Source: Anaerolineae bacterium (GTDB lineage Bacteria; Chloroflexota; Anaerolineae; Aggregatilineales; Phototrophicaceae). From it: 64,000 bases of DNA. Made by a program: the position numbers and the translations under genes. The notes under the pieces are model-generated. The model was not told the DNA's origin and did not search any database. It worked only from the letters and a program-made list of their open reading frames with translations. Below, piece after piece: positions 59,758 through 64,000 of this stretch (within the stretch, counting starts at the first letter, position 1; each line of letters opens with the position of its first letter). The stretch lies in assembly GCA_017303635.1 (NCBI GenBank), contig JAFLCG010000002.1:156918-220917 (forward strand), given 5' to 3'.

Positions 59758-61062
59758 TCACTGCGAAAGGGTAATTACATAAACACCAGCTTGTGAGGGA
59801 TCAAGATTTGAATCGAGGCTGGCTAGGTAGAAGACAAGAGTATGAACTCCATCTGAAGTAATTAGGAGGTTGGTCGTGAAATTCTCTGAATTGCCCATAG
59901 CTAGTGCAAAAATTGGAACACTATCTGGCCCGTACACTGTGAATCCAAGAGGATTTGTCCCACTTTGCCGTTGAATTTGAATGCTGTAAGTATCTCCTGC
60001 ATTTGCCTCGACAATACTTGTGTATACAATGTCCTGTGCGATAGCAACTGTTAGTGGTGCATCAAGCGACAGAGGTAAATTGATCCCACCATCAGTTTCT
60101 GCCAACGGAATCCCGGCCGGTAAATTGATTTCTTCAGCAGGAGAAGGTGTGCCAGATTGAATATCAACCCCAGTTACCGAACTGGTAGTAGTATTTGGAG
60201 TAGAAGATGATGCAAGCTCAGGTTGTTCTACTAAGTCAACGAACGCAGATGTTCCGGCCTGAATTTCGACATTATCGGGTGTTATACAACCAATAGAGAG
60301 CGTATAATTTCCTCCTTGATTGACATCATGGCGTGAAGTTACACCAGCAACGATTATGAAGTACACACCAGTGGTTGGTAATCCAGATGTCTGAATTGAA
60401 TCTATCGTCGCACGATTGTAATAGGTATCAGGTTCAATAATGAATCTTTCATTATGACTTCCAAAGTTCTTGATTACTCCAGTATCAATTTTGAGGTCGA
60501 AACTGTTCTGAATTACTTCTACTACTGCCTTTAGCACAGTTCCTCTCTCCAAGGTTAAGTAATATCTATGATAAGGTTCATTGGGTGCAAACTCGTTTTC
60601 ATAAACCGAACCACATTCACTTGCGACAACACTCCGATTACTCGAAACCACTTCGCCGTTGGCTTTAACACAACTAATGTTCAGCTCAAATGATCCTCCT
60701 TGATCTGTACTTCCACTGACAATTATTTTGTAGTCGCCAGGAACAAACACTTCACGAGTGTTATACACATGGTAGACGGCAGCGTTATAGTAGACATCTA
60801 GTTCATCAAGAACAGTGGCGTTGGGCGATACAATGGAAAAGTCCACTCTTAAATTACCACCGGTTACTCTTATGTCAGCGATCATAGAGTCCTTTACGGC
60901 TAGGTTAACTGAGAATTCTTGAACCTCTCGATTTCGATTCATTACACCTGCATACACCTGCCCACATTCAAGATGCTGTTGGGCAATTACACTTTGGGTT
61001 GCCCCCATGAAACTTATCATCAACACAAGAATTACTAGCAGTCGATAGGAATGCATTTGCAT
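59758..61062 (-). CDS. Secreted protein with three PPC-like (pre-peptidase C-terminal type) beta-sandwich modules
   Basis: ATG at 61062 follows GGAG, then a signal peptide. Repeated modules run from ECG.VY to G(G/N).(F/Y).L.I.C (ECGQVYAG...GGSFELNISC; ECGSVYENE...GGNYTLSIGC). AT-rich. Confidence 0.6.
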   Translation of the reverse strand: MQMHSYRLLVILVLMISFMGATQSVIAQQHLECGQVYAGVMNRNREVQEFSVNLAVKDSMIADIRVTGGNLRVDFSIVSPNATVLDELDVYYNAAVYHVYNTREVFVPGDYKIIVSGSTDQGGSFELNISCVKANGEVVSSNRSVVASECGSVYENEFAPNEPYHRYYLTLERGTVLKAVVEVIQNSFDLKIDTGVIKNFGSHNERFIIEPDTYYNRATIDSIQTSGLPTTGVYFIIVAGVTSRHDVNQGGNYTLSIGCITPDNVEIQAGTSAFVDLVEQPELASSSTPNTTTSSVTGVDIQSGTPSPAEEINLPAGIPLAETDGGINLPLSLDAPLTVAIAQDIVYTSIVEANAGDTYSIQIQRQSGTNPLGFTVYGPDSVPIFALAMGNSENFTTNLLITSDGVHTLVFYLASLDSNLDPSQAGVYVITLSQ

Positions 61063-61082
61063 TGTCGTCTCCAAAACCAATT

Positions 61083-62210
61083 CTAAGGGCAGCCAAGCGG
61101 CGGACGGGAAAAGTCATCGTGTGTTACCCAACCAGTATTGTTGTCATACACGATCTGATACCACATTACTCCATTGCGCTCCTCACTATCAAGCACATCA
61201 ACCTCTGTGGAAGGTTCAATAGGAGGGGCCATTGTTCGTGAAGCAGGTGCAACTCTGACTATCGAGATTTTAGGCAAATCGCTATCGACAATCATGGCAG
61301 TACATCTATCGACTATCACAGCGACAACTAACGTTGAAGTGATGATAGGCGTCAAAGTAATGGAAGGTGTTGGCGTAATAGCAAGTGCGGTCTGCGTAAA
61401 ATAACTACTTGCCGTGCTTGCTGCATTATTGATTGCGATTTGCGCCTCATTGGTGCCAACAAAAATGGTAGCTGCAAGATCGGGAGTAAATGTGTAAGTT
61501 GACGTGATCGAAGGCGTAGAAGTTGGGTGTGCAGTCGGTGATGGTTCAGCTGATGTAGATGTAACTTCAATTACTGTTTGGGTGACAGAAGGTGTAGACG
61601 TACTTGTGGGAATGAATGGAATAGGTGTAGTTGCTGCAAGGATGGGTTGAACAATTAAAGTTGGAGCTATTGCTGTTGGCAAGATGACATCATTGGTTGG
61701 TAAAGGGCGCATAATGAACGCTGAAATGATAAGACCTACAAAACCAAGTATTCCTATAGCGATAGTGATTGTGCGGTCAACTCTCGACACTTCTGTTCTG
61801 GTAATTTCTGTTTGGGGAGGCTTGTTAGAGTCATCTTGCTCAACTGCTATTGCATCTACTTGCAAAATTCTATGTATTGCGGTGTAAACTGGGTCTGGTA
61901 TTGATGGAAGCTTTGTCCCTCGTAAATCAATGTAGTTGAATTTCCATGATCCAATCCAAGGTTCACCCTCTATCAATAGGCCAATTATTGGAATCTTGAG
62001 TGCCTCTGCTAATTTATGTTCTTCTTTAACCCACTGAGACTCGTATGAAGCACTCGACTGAACAAGCAACATAACCGAAGACTCATGAAGTGCGGCAGCG
62101 GTATTGGTTACGTCACGAAGTACATCGAAGCCCTTGACTTGGAGTTCTCGTTCGAGCTTTCCTGCGAAATGCTCATTTTCCTGACTGTAGCTGATGAATA
62201 TGCGAGCCAT
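61083..62210 (-). CDS. TIR domain - TM - Thr/Pro/Ser-rich linker - SH3b-like domain protein
   Basis: ATG at 62210 (MARIFISYSQENEHFAGKLERELQVKGFDV...SSASYESQWVKEEHKLA = TIR_2 pattern with the W-x-x-x-E glutamate). TM segment ITIAIGILGFVGLIISAFIM. C-terminus GVMWYQIVYDNNTGWVTHDDF. Confidence 0.7.
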   Translation of the reverse strand: MARIFISYSQENEHFAGKLERELQVKGFDVLRDVTNTAAALHESSVMLLVQSSASYESQWVKEEHKLAEALKIPIIGLLIEGEPWIGSWKFNYIDLRGTKLPSIPDPVYTAIHRILQVDAIAVEQDDSNKPPQTEITRTEVSRVDRTITIAIGILGFVGLIISAFIMRPLPTNDVILPTAIAPTLIVQPILAATTPIPFIPTSTSTPSVTQTVIEVTSTSAEPSPTAHPTSTPSITSTYTFTPDLAATIFVGTNEAQIAINNAASTASSYFTQTALAITPTPSITLTPIITSTLVVAVIVDRCTAMIVDSDLPKISIVRVAPASRTMAPPIEPSTEVDVLDSEERNGVMWYQIVYDNNTGWVTHDDFSRPPLGCP

Positions 62211-62354
62211 TACAGTTGCCCTAAGGACCATCAAGCTAGATATTGGAATTGCTGACATAAACATGCGGAATGGAAACACTATAGCCTGAGTTGCAAATCA
62301 TTGCTATCAATCAAATATTAAAGAAAAGTAAACCCTTCTGCTGCCGTACTTACT

Positions 62355-62439
62355 CCCCTTTCCAGCGACCCGACTCCCAGATAGTCTCCCTTTCCCATCA
62401 AGTAAGGGTCGCGGCGGGAGAGGGGTTGGGGGTGAGGCG
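62355..62439 (+). repeat. MITE-like inverted-repeat element, copy flanking the TIR island (right)
   Basis: cccctttccagcgacccgactc...gggtcgcggcgggagaggggttgggggtgaggcg. Same orientation as 59525-59615. Confidence 0.7.
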
Positions 62440-62890
62440 TCTGTGCGGCACACTTAGAAACACGCTGGCGCAGCTTGTTGATCCCAACTTCAGGGACGCG
62501 GAGGGGTGAGGCGTCTGTGCAGCACGCTTAGAAGCGTGCTGGCAGAGGTTGTTTATCCCAACTTCAGGGACGCGGAGGGGTGAGGCGTCTGTGCGGCACG
62601 CTTAGAAACGCACTGGCGCAGCTTGTTTATCCCAACTCCAGGGACGCGGAGGGGTGAGGCGTCTGTGCAGCACGCTTGGAAACGTGCTGGCAGAGGTTGT
62701 TTATCCCAACTTCAGGGACGCGGAGGGGGTGAGGCGATCCTGCGGCACGCTTGGAAACGTGCTGGCGCCGGTTGTTTATCCCAACTTCAGGGACGCGGAG
62801 GGGTGAGGCGTCTGTGCGGCACGCTTAGAAACACGCTGGCGCAGCTTGTTGATCCCAACTTCAGACACGCGGAGGGGTGAGGCGGTACTG
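62431..62890 (+). repeat. 74-bp tandem repeat, 6 full units + 1 diverged partial unit
   Basis: GGTGAGGCG unit starts at 62431, 62505, 62579, 62653, 62728, 62802 and 62876 (period 74, with one of 75). Units alternate between two subtypes. Confidence 0.9.
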
Positions 62891-62991
62891 CGCTACCGCT
62901 AGAAACCCCTCCATTCGACTCACAACCTCAATCCATCGCCCATCCCATCTCGCCTAGAATCGAATTACACACATCGAAAGGAGCAACCCCC

Positions 62992-63378
62992 ATGTCCGAT
63001 GACCACCCCGACCAGTACACCGTCAAGCGGGAACGGTGGGGGACGCTCAAAGCCCGCTCCCGCGAGATGCGCCACCAACCCACCTCCGCCGAAGAGCACC
63101 TGTGGAAGTACCTGCGCGGACGGCGGCTCAACGGAGCCAAGTTCCGCCGCCAGCACGCCATTGACCAGTTCATCGTCGATTTTGTCTGCATCGAGCAGCT
63201 GTTGATTGTGGAGGTGGATGGCCTCGTCCATGAAGTTCCCGACCAGCGCGACCGGGATGTGAATCGGCAGGCGCACCTGGAAGGCATGGGTTATCGTATA
63301 CTGCGCTTCACCAATGCCGAGGTACTGCAATCGGTGAGGGCGGTACTGGAAGTCATCGGCGCGGCCTTGCAGGAATAG
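62992..63378 (+). CDS. DUF559 (Vsr-like fold) endonuclease-domain protein
   Basis: EEHLWKYLRGRRLNGAKFRRQHAIDQFIVDFVCIEQLLIVEVDG...RDRDVNRQAHLEGMGYRILRFTNAEV. Confidence 0.85.
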   Translation: MSDDHPDQYTVKRERWGTLKARSREMRHQPTSAEEHLWKYLRGRRLNGAKFRRQHAIDQFIVDFVCIEQLLIVEVDGLVHEVPDQRDRDVNRQAHLEGMGYRILRFTNAEVLQSVRAVLEVIGAALQE

Positions 63379-63475
63379 CGCACTTCATCACGGCGGCGAA
63401 CTGCCTCCAGGTACGAATGAGATGCGGCCAGGCTCCGCGACTGTGTAGGGCAGGTTTGCCCCTGAAAATCGACAC

Positions 63476-63501
63476 AAAATCGGAACATATGTTCCGATTT
63501 T
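63476..63501. promoter_or_regulatory. 26-bp perfect palindrome with a GAAC-N4-GTTC core (second copy)
   Basis: AAAATCGGAACATATGTTCCGATTTT, about 250 nt upstream of chrA. Confidence 0.35.
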
Positions 63502-63751
63502 CAACCCCAATCGCTGCTATCCTATCTACAGGTCTGGTACCCATTCGGCAACCAGCGTCCAGACCTGACAAAAGGGCAAACTTCACTGCCGGGTCATCGC
63601 CGCCGCCGCCGCCGCCGCAAAAGTCCACGCGACGATCATCACCCACCTGAACCCGCACCCATCCGTTAATCATCCTTAATCGTCGCGCACTGGAATGGCG
63701 GGCTGCCGATGGCTACCATAGCCGCACCCTGCTAGCCACACCGGAGCTGCC

Positions 63752-64000
63752 ATGTCTGTCCCGCCCGAATCCGCCCAACCTACCGTCACCTATGCCGAGT
63801 TGATTCGGTTCTTCCTCCGCTTCAGTCTGGTGGCCTTCGGTGGCCCGCCCGCCCATATCGCCCTGGGCGAGGCCGAGATGGTCAGCCGGCGCAAGTGGCT
63901 CACCCGCGAGCACTATCTGGATCTGGTCGCCGCCACCAACCTGATCCCCGGCCCCAACAGCACCGAGGTGATGATCCACGTCGGCTATGTGCTCAAGGGC
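63752..64000 (+). CDS. chrA: Chromate transporter ChrA, N-terminal part (runs off the right edge)
   Basis: My translation is MSVPPESAQPTVTYAELIRFFLRFSLVAFGGPPAHIALGEAEMVSRRKWLTREHYLDLVAATNLIPGPNSTEV, with the CHR-family motifs FGGP and PGPNS. Confidence 0.85.
   Translation, partial: MSVPPESAQPTVTYAELIRFFLRFSLVAFGGPPAHIALGEAEMVSRRKWLTREHYLDLVAATNLIPGPNSTEVMIHVGYVLKG

Noticed and set aside
62431-62890. Possible CRISPR array (regular repeats with an internal hairpin)
   Set aside because: The entire 74-bp unit is conserved from copy to copy with only point differences. There are no unique spacers, no cas genes and no leader, so it is a minisatellite.

Overview
This is a 64-kb, mostly high-G+C bacterial chromosomal segment. 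The gene content and repeat types look Chloroflexota-like, but that is inference only and cannot be confirmed here. No rRNA, tRNA or CRISPR was seen. The backbone is housekeeping and transport: carB, clpC, wecB, an adk-family kinase, a Pat-like acyl-CoA synthetase/GNAT fusion, a PatB/MalY lyase, a ribose-type sugar ABC operon, BenE, AzlC, LysE and a partial ChrA. It also carries small-enzyme genes (VOC, DUF1801, DHFR-like, thioesterases, GNAT) and many secreted PD40/WD40-like proteins. This backbone is interrupted by several AT-richer islands and a dense repeat landscape. (1) A single-gene island (33.2-35.6 kb) encodes a 770-aa protein with a zinc ribbon, a PD-(D/E)xK/NERD-like nuclease C-terminus and an unassignable N-terminal region; it is my best candidate for an undescribed defence-type system. 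(2) A two-gene island (59.7-62.3 kb) encodes a TIR-TM-SH3b protein and a secreted PPC-repeat protein, and is bracketed by direct copies of a MITE-like element. (3) A 1.5-kb insert sits between two 56-bp copies of the carB 3' end. (4) A RayT-like Y1 transposase is surrounded, and internally interrupted in frame, by GTAG-hairpin REP elements, which also punctuate a LiaF/toastrack operon. (5) Other repeats are heptamer tandem arrays, a 74-bp minisatellite and two GAAC-N4-GTTC palindromes. Several decayed genes are present: SET-domain, Clp_N and TIR-FGE remnants. Many long antisense ORFs in the track are GC-driven shadows and were not called.
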